Assembly: GCA_963822945.1 (NCBI GenBank)
Contig: CAWGJO010000024.1
Span: 123,995-187,994, forward strand
Reading direction: 5' to 3'
DNA length: 64,000 nucleotides
Source: an uncultured Gemmatimonadaceae bacterium
Lineage (GTDB): Bacteria; Gemmatimonadota; Gemmatimonadetes; Gemmatimonadales; Gemmatimonadaceae
Part shown: piece by piece, positions 49,542-62,977 of the stretch
Numbering within the stretch: position 1 is the first letter of the stretch
How the letters are laid out: every line of letters begins with the position of its first letter
The notes under the pieces: generated by a model
What the model was told of the DNA's origin: nothing
Seen by the model: only the letters and a program-made list of their open reading frames with translations
Database searches by the model: none
Position numbers and translations under genes: made by a program

Positions 49542-50956
49542 TCGTGGGGCGCGCTTCCGCATTCCTGACCGCCATACTGTTGTACGCCGGCTGCGCCGGT
49601 CCCGGTGAATCGTCCGCGGCGCAGACGGCGCGCACGACGAGCCCTCCGCCGCGAGCCGCGACCACCGATACCGTCTCGGCCAGTCGCCAGACCGCCATCA
49701 CCCGGGCCATCGCCAAGGTGTCGCCCGCCGTCGTCACCGTGCAGACCGAGCAGGTCCAGCAGGTGCAACCCGACCTCTTCGACTGGATGTGGGGCAATGC
49801 GCCGCGTTCGCGCTCCGAAGCCGGGCTGGGCACCGGCGTCGTGATCCGGTCCGATGGCGTGATCGTGACCAATGCCCACGTGGTGGCGGACGCGAACAAG
49901 ATCTCCGTGATGCTGCCCAGCGGCGCCGTCTACCCGGCCAAGGTGAAGGGCGTCGACGCCACCCAGGACGTTGCGGTGATCAAGATCGACGCCACGAACC
50001 TGCCCGTCGCCGTGCTCGGCAATTCGGACAGCGTCATCGTGGGCGAGTGGGCGATCGCCATCGGCAATCCGTACGGGTTCATGCTCGGCAACCCGGAGCC
50101 CAGTGTGACCGTGGGCGTGATCAGCGGCAAGGGGCGCAATCTGGTGGCGGGCGCCGACGGCCCGCAGGCCTACTTCGACATGATCCAGACGGACGCGGCG
50201 ATCAACCCCGGCAACTCGGGGGGCGCGCTGGTGAACGCCGACGGCCAGGTGATCGGTCTCAACAGCTCCATCTATACGCCGAGCGGCGGGTCGGTGGGCC
50301 TCGGATTCGCCATCCCCATCAACCGCGTCAAACACGATGTGGACGACCTGCTGACGCACGGCGAGGTCCGCCGGCCCTGGATCGGCGTGAAGCTGCGTAT
50401 CCCCAACAGCAACAACATCCGCGAAGCCATCGCCCAGCACGCCGAGATCGCGACCGTGGTGCCCGGCTCGCCCGCCGCCCGCGCCGGCCTCCAGGCCGGT
50501 GACGTGATCGTCAGCGAGAACGGACGGACGATCCACAACATGTACGACTGGGAAGGCGCCCTGCTCGACCTCGGCGTGGACCAGGACGTCCGGCTCGACG
50601 TTCGCCGCGGCTCCCGCTCGTTCAACGTCACGGTGCGCACCGTGAATCTTCCCGAAGTGGATGCGCCCAAGGTCGAAGTGCTCAAGCAGCTCGAACTGGT
50701 GACCGTCACGCCGGCCATCCGGGCCGAGCGGAACCTGCGCAGCCGGAGCGGCGCGCTCGTGTTCAAGGTGAGCAACCGGATGGCCAGCGAGTTGGGCATC
50801 CAGACGGGCGACGTCATCGTGCGCATCAACAACGTCGACATCACGAGCGCCGACGACGCGTCGCGGGCGCTCAACCGGTTCGCCGGACGCGGGCCCATCC
50901 GCATGTACCTGGAGCGCTCGGGCACCTACTACGTCACCGACTTCGAGATTCGATGA
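49538..50956 (+). CDS. HtrA/DegP-family serine protease, lipoprotein with 2 PDZ domains
   Basis: Lipobox YAGC; TNAHVV, DVAVIK, QTDAAINPGNSGG. Confidence 0.95.
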   Translation: MIVGRASAFLTAILLYAGCAGPGESSAAQTARTTSPPPRAATTDTVSASRQTAITRAIAKVSPAVVTVQTEQVQQVQPDLFDWMWGNAPRSRSEAGLGTGVVIRSDGVIVTNAHVVADANKISVMLPSGAVYPAKVKGVDATQDVAVIKIDATNLPVAVLGNSDSVIVGEWAIAIGNPYGFMLGNPEPSVTVGVISGKGRNLVAGADGPQAYFDMIQTDAAINPGNSGGALVNADGQVIGLNSSIYTPSGGSVGLGFAIPINRVKHDVDDLLTHGEVRRPWIGVKLRIPNSNNIREAIAQHAEIATVVPGSPAARAGLQAGDVIVSENGRTIHNMYDWEGALLDLGVDQDVRLDVRRGSRSFNVTVRTVNLPEVDAPKVEVLKQLELVTVTPAIRAERNLRSRSGALVFKVSNRMASELGIQTGDVIVRINNVDITSADDASRALNRFAGRGPIRMYLERSGTYYVTDFEIR

Positions 50957-52383
50957 CTCAGCACGATCGATACGCCTCGCCCCTGTCCGAGCGCTACGCG
51001 TCGCGAGCCATGCTGCAGCTGTGGTCGCCGGCCACGCGCTACGGGCTCTGGCGGCAACTCTGGCTGGCTCTGGCCGAGGCAGAGAAGGCGCTGGGCGTTC
51101 CCATCCCCGACGACGCCATCGCCCAGATGCGGGCGCACCTGGACGACATCGATTTCGACGCCGTGGCGGCGTACGAGCGCCGCTACCGGCACGACGTGAT
51201 GGCCCACGTGCACGCGTTCGGCGACGTGGCCCCGGCGGCGCGGAAGTACATCCACCTCGGGGCGACCAGCGCGTTCGTCACCGACAACACCGACCTGATT
51301 CTCATGCGGCGTGGGCTCGATCTGCTGCGCGGCAAGCTCGTGACCGTGCTCCGGTCGCTCGCCGATTTCGCCCGCCAGTGGCGCGATCTGCCGACGCTCG
51401 GCTCCACGCACCTCCAGCCGGCCCAGCCCACCACCGTCGGCAAGCGCGCCACGCTGTGGATGCAGGACCTGGTGCTCGACCTGGCCGAACTCGACCACCG
51501 CCGCGACGTCCTGCCCTGCCGCGGCGTGAAGGGCACCACCGGCACCCAGGCCTCGTTCCTGGAGCTCTTCGACGGCGATCACGACAAGGTCCGCAAGCTG
51601 GACCACGCCGTCACCGCGGCCATCGGATTCCGCGAGTCCATCCCGGTGTCGGGCCAGACCTACACGCGCAAACTCGACGCCGCCGTGCTCGACGTCGTGG
51701 CCGCGATCGCCGCCAGCGCGGCCAAGTTCAGCGGTGACCTCCGCATGCTGCAGTCGTTCGGCGAGATCGAGGAGCCGTTCGAGGAAGAACAGATCGGCTC
51801 GTCGGCCATGGCGTACAAGCGCAATCCGATGCGGAGCGAACGCATCGCGTCGCTGGCCCGCTTCGTGTTGAACCTGGAGCCCAACGCCAATCAGACGCAC
51901 AGCGTGCAGTACTTCGAGCGCACGCTCGACGACAGCGCCAACCGCCGGCTCACGATTCCCGAGGCCTTCCTGGCCACCGATGCCGTCCTCGTGATCATGG
52001 AAAACGTGGTGAGCGGGCTCGAAGTCCACCCGGCACGCATTGCGCGCCGGCTGAACGACGAACTGCCGTTCATGGCCACCGAGGCGCTGATCATCCGGGC
52101 CGTGCAGATGGGTGTCGACCGGCAGGATGCGCACGAGCACATCCGTCGGGCGAGCATCGCGGCCGCGCGGGCCGTGAAGGACGGCGCCCCGTCCAACGAC
52201 ATGCTCGAGCGACTGGCCGGCGACGCCGCCTGGCCGGTGCCCGCCGCCGAGATGCAGGCGCTGCTCGATCCCCTGGGCTTCATCGGGCGGTCGCGCGAGC
52301 AGGTGGACGAATTCCTGGCCGAGGTGGTTGAACCGCTGCTGCGGGGCGCCACCGGCGCCGCCCGCGAGGAGGTGCGCGTATGA
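50953..52383 (+). CDS. purB: Adenylosuccinate lyase
   Basis: SPLSERYAS, RHDVMAH, HLGATS, THLQPAQ, GSSAMAYKRNP. Confidence 0.97.
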   Translation: MTQHDRYASPLSERYASRAMLQLWSPATRYGLWRQLWLALAEAEKALGVPIPDDAIAQMRAHLDDIDFDAVAAYERRYRHDVMAHVHAFGDVAPAARKYIHLGATSAFVTDNTDLILMRRGLDLLRGKLVTVLRSLADFARQWRDLPTLGSTHLQPAQPTTVGKRATLWMQDLVLDLAELDHRRDVLPCRGVKGTTGTQASFLELFDGDHDKVRKLDHAVTAAIGFRESIPVSGQTYTRKLDAAVLDVVAAIAASAAKFSGDLRMLQSFGEIEEPFEEEQIGSSAMAYKRNPMRSERIASLARFVLNLEPNANQTHSVQYFERTLDDSANRRLTIPEAFLATDAVLVIMENVVSGLEVHPARIARRLNDELPFMATEALIIRAVQMGVDRQDAHEHIRRASIAAARAVKDGAPSNDMLERLAGDAAWPVPAAEMQALLDPLGFIGRSREQVDEFLAEVVEPLLRGATGAAREEVRV

Positions 52384-53307
52384 GCATCGTGGCGCTGGCC
52401 CCACTCCCGCTGCGCCACCTCCGCCGCGGCAAGGTGCGCGAGGTGTACGAGGTGGATCCGCTGCACCTGCTCATCGTGGCCACCGACCGGGTGAGCGCCT
52501 TCGACGTCGTGATGAAGGAGCCGATTCCGTACAAGGGCGCGGTGCTCACGCAGATCACGGCGTGGTGGCTCCGGCATTTCGAGGCCGAGGTGCATCACCA
52601 CATGGTGTCGGCCGACGTGGACGAGATCATCCGCCTCGTGCCCTCCCTCGCCAACCACCGCCAGACGATCGCCGGACGCGGGATGCTCTGCCGCCGCGCG
52701 CAGGTGTTCCCGGTCGAATGCGTGGTGCGCGGATACATCTCGGGCTCGGCCTGGAAGGAGTACCGCGACCACGGCACGCTGGCCGGCGAAGCGCTGCCCG
52801 CCGGCCTCCGCGAAGCCGACCGCTTCGAGCACCCGGTGTTCAGTCCGGCCACCAAGGCCGAGAGCGGCCACGACCAGAACATCACGATCGCCGACGTGCA
52901 GCGGCAATTGGGCGCCGACGTGACGGCCGAACTCGAACGGCTCAGCCGCCACATCTACGAGCTTGGGACGGGCGATCGCCGCCGAACGGGGCATCATCAT
53001 CGCCGACACGAAGTTCGAATTCGGCCGCGACGCGGCCGGCGCGATCACGCTCGTGGACGAGGTGCTGACCCCCGACAGTTCGCGCTTCTGGCCGGCCGAC
53101 CAGTACGAGCCCGGTCACACCCAGCCAAGCTTCGACAAGCAGCCGCTGCGCGACTACCTGGACGGCGAGCGGCGCGCCGGCCGCTGGAACGGCGACGCCC
53201 CGCCCCCGCCCTTGCCGCCGGAAGTCGTCCGCGCCACCAGCGAGCGCTACCTCGATGCGTTCCGCCGGATCACCGGCGCGCCGCTGAACCTGGAGGGGCT
53301 GTCGTGA
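52380..53307 (+). CDS. purC: SAICAR synthase (frameshift near 52966)
   Basis: [22 protein letters not shown], then [26 protein letters not shown] in the next frame. Confidence 0.95.
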
Positions 53308-53957
53308 GCTTCGCGCGCGAAGGCATGCCCTTCATCCTCGTGGCCGCGGTCATCGCCGTCGCATCGTACGCGCTGGCGCTCAACCGCCGGTCGTGGCCGA
53401 TGTGGCTGTTGGCGTTCGTGCTCACGCTGCTGGCCATCTGGGTGGCCTACTTCTTCCGCGATCCCGAGCGGAACGGCCCACGCGGCGACGCGCTCGTGAT
53501 CGCGCCGGCCGACGGCCGGATCGTCCAGATCACCGAAGTGGACGAGCCGGCGTACGTACGGGGAAGAGCCCTGCGCATCTCGATCTTCATGAACGTCTTC
53601 AACGTGCACGTGAATCGATATCCGGTGAGCGGCACGGTGGAGTTCGTGCACTACAATCCCGGCAAGTTCCTGAACGCGGCCTCCGAGAAGTCGAGCCTCG
53701 AGAACGAACAGATGTCGGTGGGCATCGCGCACGGTACCATGCGGGTCATGATGCGGCAGATCGCCGGCCTCGTGGCGCGCCGGATCGTGACGTACAGCAA
53801 GGTCGGGGATGCGGCCCGGCAGGGCGAGCGCATGGGCATCATCCGCTTCGGCTCGCGCGTCGACGTGTTCCTGCCCACCACCAGTGCCGTGGAGGCCCGC
53901 GTGGGACAGACCACCCAGGCGGGCGTCACCGTGCTCGCGCAGCTGCCGTCGACATGA
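53304..53957 (+). CDS. psd: Phosphatidylserine decarboxylase
   Basis: [31 protein letters not shown] (self-cleavage GS). Confidence 0.95.
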   Translation: MSFAREGMPFILVAAVIAVASYALALNRRSWPMWLLAFVLTLLAIWVAYFFRDPERNGPRGDALVIAPADGRIVQITEVDEPAYVRGRALRISIFMNVFNVHVNRYPVSGTVEFVHYNPGKFLNAASEKSSLENEQMSVGIAHGTMRVMMRQIAGLVARRIVTYSKVGDAARQGERMGIIRFGSRVDVFLPTTSAVEARVGQTTQAGVTVLAQLPST

Positions 53958-54908
53958 CGCCCGCCAGACCCCCGGCCGCGCCCGCGCGCGCGGCGCGCCA
54001 TCGTGCTCTTCCCCAGCGGGCTCACGCTGCTGAATCTGTTTTTCGGCATGTTCGCGATCGTCGCGGCCACGCGGGGCGAGTACTACCGCGCCGGGTGGTT
54101 CGTGGTGCTCGGCGGGGTGATGGACATGCTCGACGGCCGCGTGGCACGGGCCACGAACACCGGCGGCGCGTTCGGCGAGGAACTCGATTCGCTGGTCGAT
54201 GCGATCACGTTCGGCGTCGCACCGTCCATGATCATGTACTTCGCGGTCTTCAACCGCGAAGGGTGGGAATGGCTGTTCTGCTTTCTCTTCACCGCCTGCG
54301 CCGTGTTGCGCCTGGCCCGCTTCAACGTGGAGCAGGCCGGCACCGCCAAGACCTACTTCCAGGGCCTCCCGACGCCGGCCGCCGGCATCACCCTGGCCAC
54401 GTACTACTGGTTCAGCCAGACGCCGCTGTACCAGGAGACGGTGATCGCCAACCTGCCCTGGCACGTTCTGCTCCGGTACATCATCCTCGCGTTGAGCTTC
54501 CTGATGGTGAGCAACGTGCCGTACCCGGTGATGCCCAACGTGAGCCTGCGCAACGTGCGGGGCGTGATCGGGCTGGTGCTGGTGGTGGGCGGGATCGCCG
54601 CGCTCGTGTTCCTGCCCAACCAGTTCTTCTTCCCGGCTGGCGTGATCTACGTGGGCTTCGGCATCGGGCGTGCCGCCTGGCTGGGCCTGCTCGAACGCCG
54701 GGGCGCCGCTCCGACCACGCACACCGGGCTGCCCACCGACGCCCGCGGCCGGCCCGTGCGGCGGCGGGAGGAAGTTGGTGACGATCGCGAACACACCGCC
54801 CGCTCACGCCGCCGGCGCTCGCGCCGCCGCCGCGAACGCGGTCCGGGCGCCACGCCCCCGAGGGGCACGCCGCCCAACACTCCACCACCCGAATCCTCAA
54901 GCGAATGA
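53954..54908 (+). CDS. pssA: CDP-diacylglycerol--serine O-phosphatidyltransferase (frameshift near the 5' end)
   Basis: DMLDGRVAR...FGEELDSLVDAITFGVAP, RLARFN, FQGLP; adjacent to psd. Confidence 0.92.
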
Positions 54909-55168
54909 CCCGCTTTCGTGTGTCTCTGCACATCACGCCGCGCCAGGGCCTGCTCGACCCACAGGGCAAGGCCGTGGCCGATGCCCTGCATACCCTCGGC
55001 TTCGCCACCGTCCGCGACGTGCACGTCGGGCGCCATCTGATCGTCGAACTGGACGCGGCCGACACCGCCACCGCCCAGTCTCAGGTGCGCGAGATGTGCG
55101 AACGCCTGCTCGCCAACCCGGTTACCGAGGACTACGCGGTGGCCGCCGTGGAGGCGCTCTCCACATGA
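54905..55168 (+). CDS. purS: FGAM synthase subunit PurS
   Basis: LDPQGKAV, LLANPVTEDY. Confidence 0.97.
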   Translation: MTRFRVSLHITPRQGLLDPQGKAVADALHTLGFATVRDVHVGRHLIVELDAADTATAQSQVREMCERLLANPVTEDYAVAAVEALST

Positions 55169-55857
55169 AATTCGGGATCGTGACCTTTCCCGGGTCCAAC
55201 TGCGACTACGACGCCTATCGCGCCGTGGTCGAGGCCGTGGGCGAAGAGGCCGTGTTCCTGTGGCACAAGGACCACGACCTGCAGAACGCCGACGTCGTGG
55301 TGTTGCCCGGCGGGTTCAGCTATGGCGACTACCTGCGGCCCGGCGCCATCGCGCGGTTCAGTCCGATCATGGCCGAGGTCGTCGCCCACGCCAAGCGTGG
55401 CGCGCCCGTGCTCGGCATCTGCAACGGCTTCCAGATCGCCTGCGAAGCCGGCCTGCTGCCGGGCGCGCTGCTCCGCAACGAGAGCCTCCGGTTCATCTGC
55501 GAGGTGGTCACGCTGCGGGTGGAACAGACGGCCACCATGTTCACTAACCGATACCGCCGCGGCCAGACGCTCGCGATCCCGATCGCACACGGAGACGGGC
55601 GCTACACCGCCGACGAGGACACGTTGCGCCACCTCGAGGACGAGGGGCGGGTGGTGTTCCGCTACGTCTCGAGTACCGCCGACGCCGACGAGGGATGGAG
55701 CCCCAACGGGTCCATGCACGCCATCGCCGGCATCGTCAACGATGCCGGCAACGTGCTCGGCATGATGCCCCACCCCGAGCGCGCGGTGAGCGCGCTGCTC
55801 GGATCCGCGGACGGCGTGGGAGTGTTCGAATCGCTGCTGTCCGCTGTCGCCGCCTGA
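55165..55857 (+). CDS. purQ: FGAM synthase subunit PurQ
   Basis: FPGSNC, PGGFSYGDYLR, GICNGFQ, MMPHPER. Confidence 0.98.
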   Translation: MKFGIVTFPGSNCDYDAYRAVVEAVGEEAVFLWHKDHDLQNADVVVLPGGFSYGDYLRPGAIARFSPIMAEVVAHAKRGAPVLGICNGFQIACEAGLLPGALLRNESLRFICEVVTLRVEQTATMFTNRYRRGQTLAIPIAHGDGRYTADEDTLRHLEDEGRVVFRYVSSTADADEGWSPNGSMHAIAGIVNDAGNVLGMMPHPERAVSALLGSADGVGVFESLLSAVAA

Positions 55858-55873
55858 ACCGAGGAACCCCCCA

Positions 55874-56193
55874 GTGCCTCACCATACCGGAGAACACCCG
55901 ACGGGCAACGAAGACGAATACTTCGCCCGCCAGAATGCCGAACTGATCAAGCAGATGCGCGCCACGCTCGACGCCGAACGTCAGAGCCGGGAGCGCCACT
56001 CGCATTACATGAAGTGCCCCAAGTGCGGCGCCGACCTGCAAGAGATGGCGCAGGGACAGGTGCTCATCGACGTCTGTCCCGAGTGCCAGGGCGTCTGGTT
56101 CGACGCCGGCGAAGTGGAGCTCATGCGGCAGGCGTCCAAGAATCCCATCACCCACGTCGTCACCGATCTCCTCGAACTCCTGAGCCACACGAA

Positions 56194-56197
<4 letters not shown>
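55874..56197 (+). CDS. Zinc-ribbon (zf-TFIIB-like) protein
   Basis: MKCPKCG...[16 protein letters not shown]. Confidence 0.88.
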
Positions 56198-58489
<2,292 letters not shown>

Positions 58490-58493
58490 TTTC

Positions 58494-59854
58494 ATGTGTG
58501 GCATCTTCGGTATTCGCGGGACCCCCAACGCCGCCCGGCTCACCCAACTCGGGCTCTACTCACTCCAGCATCGCGGCCAGGAATCGGCCGGGGTGGCCGT
58601 TCTCGACGCGGACGATCACGGCCAGATCGTCCGCACCATGGGAACGGTCAACGAATCGATGGGGCACGAGCTGGAGCAACTCCACGGTGACCTCGCCATC
58701 GGGCACACGCGATACAGCACCTCGGGGTCGTCCACGATCGAGAATGCGCAGCCGATCTTCGTCCAGTCCCGGGGCGGCTACATCGCGCTGGCCCACAACG
58801 GCAACCTGGTCAACGCCGTTCAGGTGCGGGCGGAACTCGAGGCGAGCGGTTCCATTTTCTCCACGAATGCGGACTCGGAGGTCATCGTCCACCGACTCGC
58901 CAAGTCGCACGCGCCGACCCGGGCGCGCGCATGGCGGAGGCGCTGACCGGGCTCGAGGGTGCGTACGGTCTGGTCGCGGCCATCGGGCATACGCTGATCG
59001 CGGCCCGCGACCCCCGCGGCTGGCGCCCGCTGGTCATGGGCCGGCTGAACGGAGCCGTGGTGTTCGCCTCCGAGACGTGCGCCCTCGACATCGTGGGGGC
59101 GGTCGCCGAACGCGAGGTGGCACCCGGCGAGATCGTCGTCGTGGACGACTCGGGAGTCCAGGTCATTCAGGCCCTCGAGGCCAAGCCCACGCGAAAGTGC
59201 GTGTTCGAGTACGTGTACTTTGCGCGCCCCGACAGCCGCGTTTTCGGCGGATCCGTGGACCGGGCCCGGCGGGAACTGGGCCGGCAGCTCGCCAAGGAGC
59301 ACCCGGCGCCGACCGCCGACCTCGTGTTCAGCGTTCCCGACTCATCGAACTCGGCGGCGCTCGGATTCGCCGAAGTGAGCGGCCTGCCCTACGAACTGGC
59401 CCTCATCCGCAACCACTACATCGGCCGCACGTTCATCCAGCCCACGCAGGCGGGGCGCGACGCCAAGGTGAAGGTCAAGTACAACCCGGTGCGCGAAGTG
59501 ATCGACGGCAAACGCGTGGTCATGGTGGACGATTCCATCGTGCGCGGAACGACGACCCGTGGGCTGGTGGCGATGATCCGCGCGGCGGGCGCCAAGGAAG
59601 TGCACCTGCGGGTGAGTTCACCGCCGATCACTGGCCCCTGCTACTACGGCATCGACACGCCGTCGCGGCGGGAGCTGATCGCCGCCAACATGTCGTGTGA
59701 TGAGATCGCGCAGACGCTCGGCGTCGACTCCCTGGGGTACCTGTCGCAGGAGGGGATGCTGGGGGCGGTACCCAACGGGCCCGACGGCTTCTGCGATGCC
59801 TGCTTCTCCGGTAACTACCCGACGGCGGCGCCGCTGGACCTCCGGCAGGACTGA
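58494..59854 (+). CDS. purF: Amidophosphoribosyltransferase (frameshift near 58920)
   Basis: MCGIFG, LQHRGQESAG, GHTRYST, then CVFEYVYFARPDS, VDDSIVRGTT, CYYGID. Confidence 0.96.
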
Positions 59855-60018
59855 CCCGGCCCGAGGCCCGGGCCGCCGGCTCCGGGAGGGGGGGATGGAT
59901 CGAAACACGGCCGCGATGGTATCCGTCATGTGCCCGAACGCCGGATGCTCGGCCTCTCCCTGACCCGAACCTGTCTTCCTACCTGGCGCCCACTCATGGG
60001 TGGTATATTTCCGGCTTC

Positions 60019-61225
60019 ATGCCGATTCTGAGCCTCCCCGGCCGGACCGTCCGCGCCGCCCGGCACCCGGCGATGCCGCAGTTGCCCGATCTCCCCGAAA
60101 TGCGGGACGACCGGACCTTTCGCATCGCCCTGGTCACGGAGTACTACTATCCGCACCTGGGCGGCGTGTGCGAGCACGTGCACTTCTTTGCACGCGAGGC
60201 GCGGCGGCGCGGTCATCATGTGGACATCATCACGTCCCACATCCCGGGCGCCGAGGAGTTGCCGAACGTCATCCGCATCGGCCGCAGCCAGCCGGTGCAG
60301 TCCAACGGCTCTCAGGCGCGCATCACGCTCGGACTCGGGTTGCGCCGCCGCATGCGCCGGGTCCTCCGCGAGGGACGCTACGACATCGTGCACGTCCACT
60401 CGCCGCTCACGCCCGTGCTGCCGATGCTCGCCATCGACGAAGCCGAGGTGCCGGTGGTCGGAACGTTTCACACGTACTTCGACCATTCGGTGGCCTACCA
60501 GATGTTCAACCGCTACTTCCAGCGCCGCCTCGACAAGCTGAGCGCCGCGATTGCGGTGTCGCACTCCACGACGGTGGCGCTCGAACGCTACTTCACGGCG
60601 GACTGGAAGATCATCCCAACGGGATTGATGTCGACGTGTTCACGCCGCACGCGCCGCGCCCGCCGGAGATCCGGACCGACGTTCCGACCATCCTGTTCCT
60701 CGGCCGGTTCGATCCGCGCAACGGGCTCGACACCTTGATCGAGGCGTTCCGTCGCGTCAAGGCGCGCGGCCACGCGGCCCAGCTCGTCGTCGTGGGCGAT
60801 GGCCCGCTGCGCGATCGCTATTACGCGCTCGCCCGGGGCGACCGCGACATCACCTTCGTCGGATCGGTGCTCGAGGGACGGCCGAGCTATTACGCGAATT
60901 GCCCATGTACGCGTGCCCCACGACCAAGGCCTCGTTCGGCATCACGCTGCTCGAGTCGATGGCCTGCGAGACCCCGATCATCTGCTCCGACATTCTGGGG
61001 TTCCGCGACGTGGTCGAGCACAACCGCGAGGCCTTGATGGTGCCGTGCGGCGATATCGACGCCCTGGCCGACGCCATCGTCCGGCTCATGGACGACGAGA
61101 CCCTGCGCCTGCGGCTGGGCAAGCGGGGCCGCGAGGAGTCGCTCCAGTACGGGTGGGCGCGCGTCACCGAACAGGTTCTCGACGTCTACCACTCCGTGCT
61201 CGGACGCCTCGCCCTCGCCCCATGA
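60019..61225 (+). CDS. GT4 glycosyltransferase, PimA-like (frameshifts near 60617 and 60902)
   Basis: YYYPHLGGV, DIVHVH, VGTFH, IPNGID, FLGRFDPRNG, SFGITLLESMA. Confidence 0.9.
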
Positions 61226-61917
61226 TCGCGCCGGCCGTGCTCGGCAGCACCGCCGCCCTGGCCGGGGCTGCCGCCCACGGGGCGTTCTACCGCAACAGCT
61301 TCGTGTTCGGCCGCGCGCTCGGGCGGCTCCCCACCCGGGAGCCGGTGTTGGCGCTCACGTTCGATGACGGCCCCAACCCCGAAGCGACGCCGCGGATCCT
61401 CGACGCCCTCGGCAGCGCCGGCGTGCACGCCACGTTCTTCATCCTCGGCCGGCACGCCGAGCGGTGGCCGGCGCTCGTCCGGCGCGTGCGCGACGAGGGA
61501 CACGCGCTCGGCAATCACGGGTACTTCCACCGCAAGCTCCACTTCAAGAGTCCGCGGTACGTCCGCAACGACCTGGGCCGCGGATCCGACGCGATTGCCG
61601 ACGCCTGCGGGATGCGGCCCGCCCTCTTCCGTGCGCCGCACGGCTTCCGGAGCCCGTGGGTGAACCACATCGCCGCCTCGTTCGGCGAGCGCGTAATCGG
61701 ATGGTCGCTGGGCGTCTGGGACTCCGACCGTCCGGGCGCGGACGTGATCGCCCAGCGCACCGTGGTGGGCGCACGTTCGGGGTCGATTCTGCTCCTGCAC
61801 GACGGCGATGGATACGACCCGGCCGGCGACCGCCTCCAGACCGCGGCCGCCGTGCCGCGCATCGTCACCGACCTCGTCGGGCGCGGGTATCGCTTCGTCA
61901 CGGTGCCCGTGGCATGA
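61222..61917 (+). CDS. Polysaccharide deacetylase (NodB/CE4)
   Basis: LTFDDGP, ATFF, GNHGYFH, FRAPHG, ILLLHD. Confidence 0.93.
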   Translation: MIAPAVLGSTAALAGAAAHGAFYRNSFVFGRALGRLPTREPVLALTFDDGPNPEATPRILDALGSAGVHATFFILGRHAERWPALVRRVRDEGHALGNHGYFHRKLHFKSPRYVRNDLGRGSDAIADACGMRPALFRAPHGFRSPWVNHIAASFGERVIGWSLGVWDSDRPGADVIAQRTVVGARSGSILLLHDGDGYDPAGDRLQTAAAVPRIVTDLVGRGYRFVTVPVA

Positions 61918-62935
61918 AGCGCGCCGCCGCTCGCGCCCTCCGCGTGTCGATGTGGGTGGTGGTACTGGCCTTCCTCGTGCTGTTCGCGCGGCGGGTGCAA
62001 TGGGGCGAGACCTGGCGGGCCTTCCGCTCGGCGTCGCCTCACCTGCTCGTGCTCGCGGCGGCCGTGAACCTGCTGTCGCTCGTGCTCAAGGGCGTGCGGT
62101 GGTGGGTGTTCCTGCGCCCGGTGGGCGCCGAATCGCTGTGGCTCGCCATGCGCGCCACGTTCGCCGGCGCCGGACTCAACAACGTGCTGGTGGCCAACGG
62201 CGGCGAGGCGGCGCGGGTGATCTTCGTATCCCGGGCCTCCCACGTGCCGAGCGCCAAGATCCTCGCCACCTTCGCGCTCGAGCGGCTCTTCGAGTTGAGC
62301 GGCTACTTCCTCATGCTCGTGCTCGGCATCTGGCTGCTGCCCCTGCCCGGCCACATCTCGGCGCTGCGCCCGTTCGCCATCACGGCGCTCGCCACGCTCG
62401 GCTTCTTCGTGCTCTTCCTGCTCAGCCGCGAGAAGACCGAGGAGCGGGTGACCGACGAGAGCACCTGGCGCGGCAAGCTCCGGGCCTATGCCCGCCGATT
62501 CACGCACACGCTGGCCAGCGTCTCCACGGTGCCGCGGTTCGCCTCGGCCATGCTGCTGTCCATCGGGGCGTGGGGGCTGCAGATCGCCACCTACCATCTC
62601 ACGGCGCGGGCGGTGCACTTCCCGATCACGTTCACGGGCACCGTGGCCTGCCTGCTGGCCGTGAACGTCGGGTTCGCGCTGCGGCCCACCCCCGGAAACG
62701 TCGGGGTCTTCCAGCTCCTGTACGCGCTCACGGCCGCGGCGCTGGGATTCGACGCGAATGCCGCGGTGGCCGTGGCCTTCCTGATCCAGGCGCAGCAGAT
62801 CCTGCCCGTCACTGCCATCGGCGTGCTGCTGGCCCCCGAGTTTCTGCGGCGGCGGCGCCCCCCGGGCCAGACCGCCGGACTCGGCCACCGCGGCCATCAA
62901 TCCCGCTGGACCTGCCGACCGACCAGTTCGACTAG
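61914..62935 (+). CDS. Lysylphosphatidylglycerol-synthase TM / flippase-like membrane protein (3' end inferred through a probable frameshift near 62870)
   Basis: RW...NNVLVANGGEAAR, LERLFE, PTPGNVG motifs and many TM helices. The read frame runs on as non-protein-like sequence to 63872; an alternative frame stops at 62935. Confidence 0.82.
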
Positions 62936-62977
62936 CACGGTTCCACGCCCGGCCCGCGCCGGCCGCGGCTTCCGGCG

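Noticed and set aside
52380..53957. Apparent PurC-Psd fusion ORF (525 aa)
   Set aside because: Artefact of the purC frameshift; psd has its own GTG overlapping the true purC stop.
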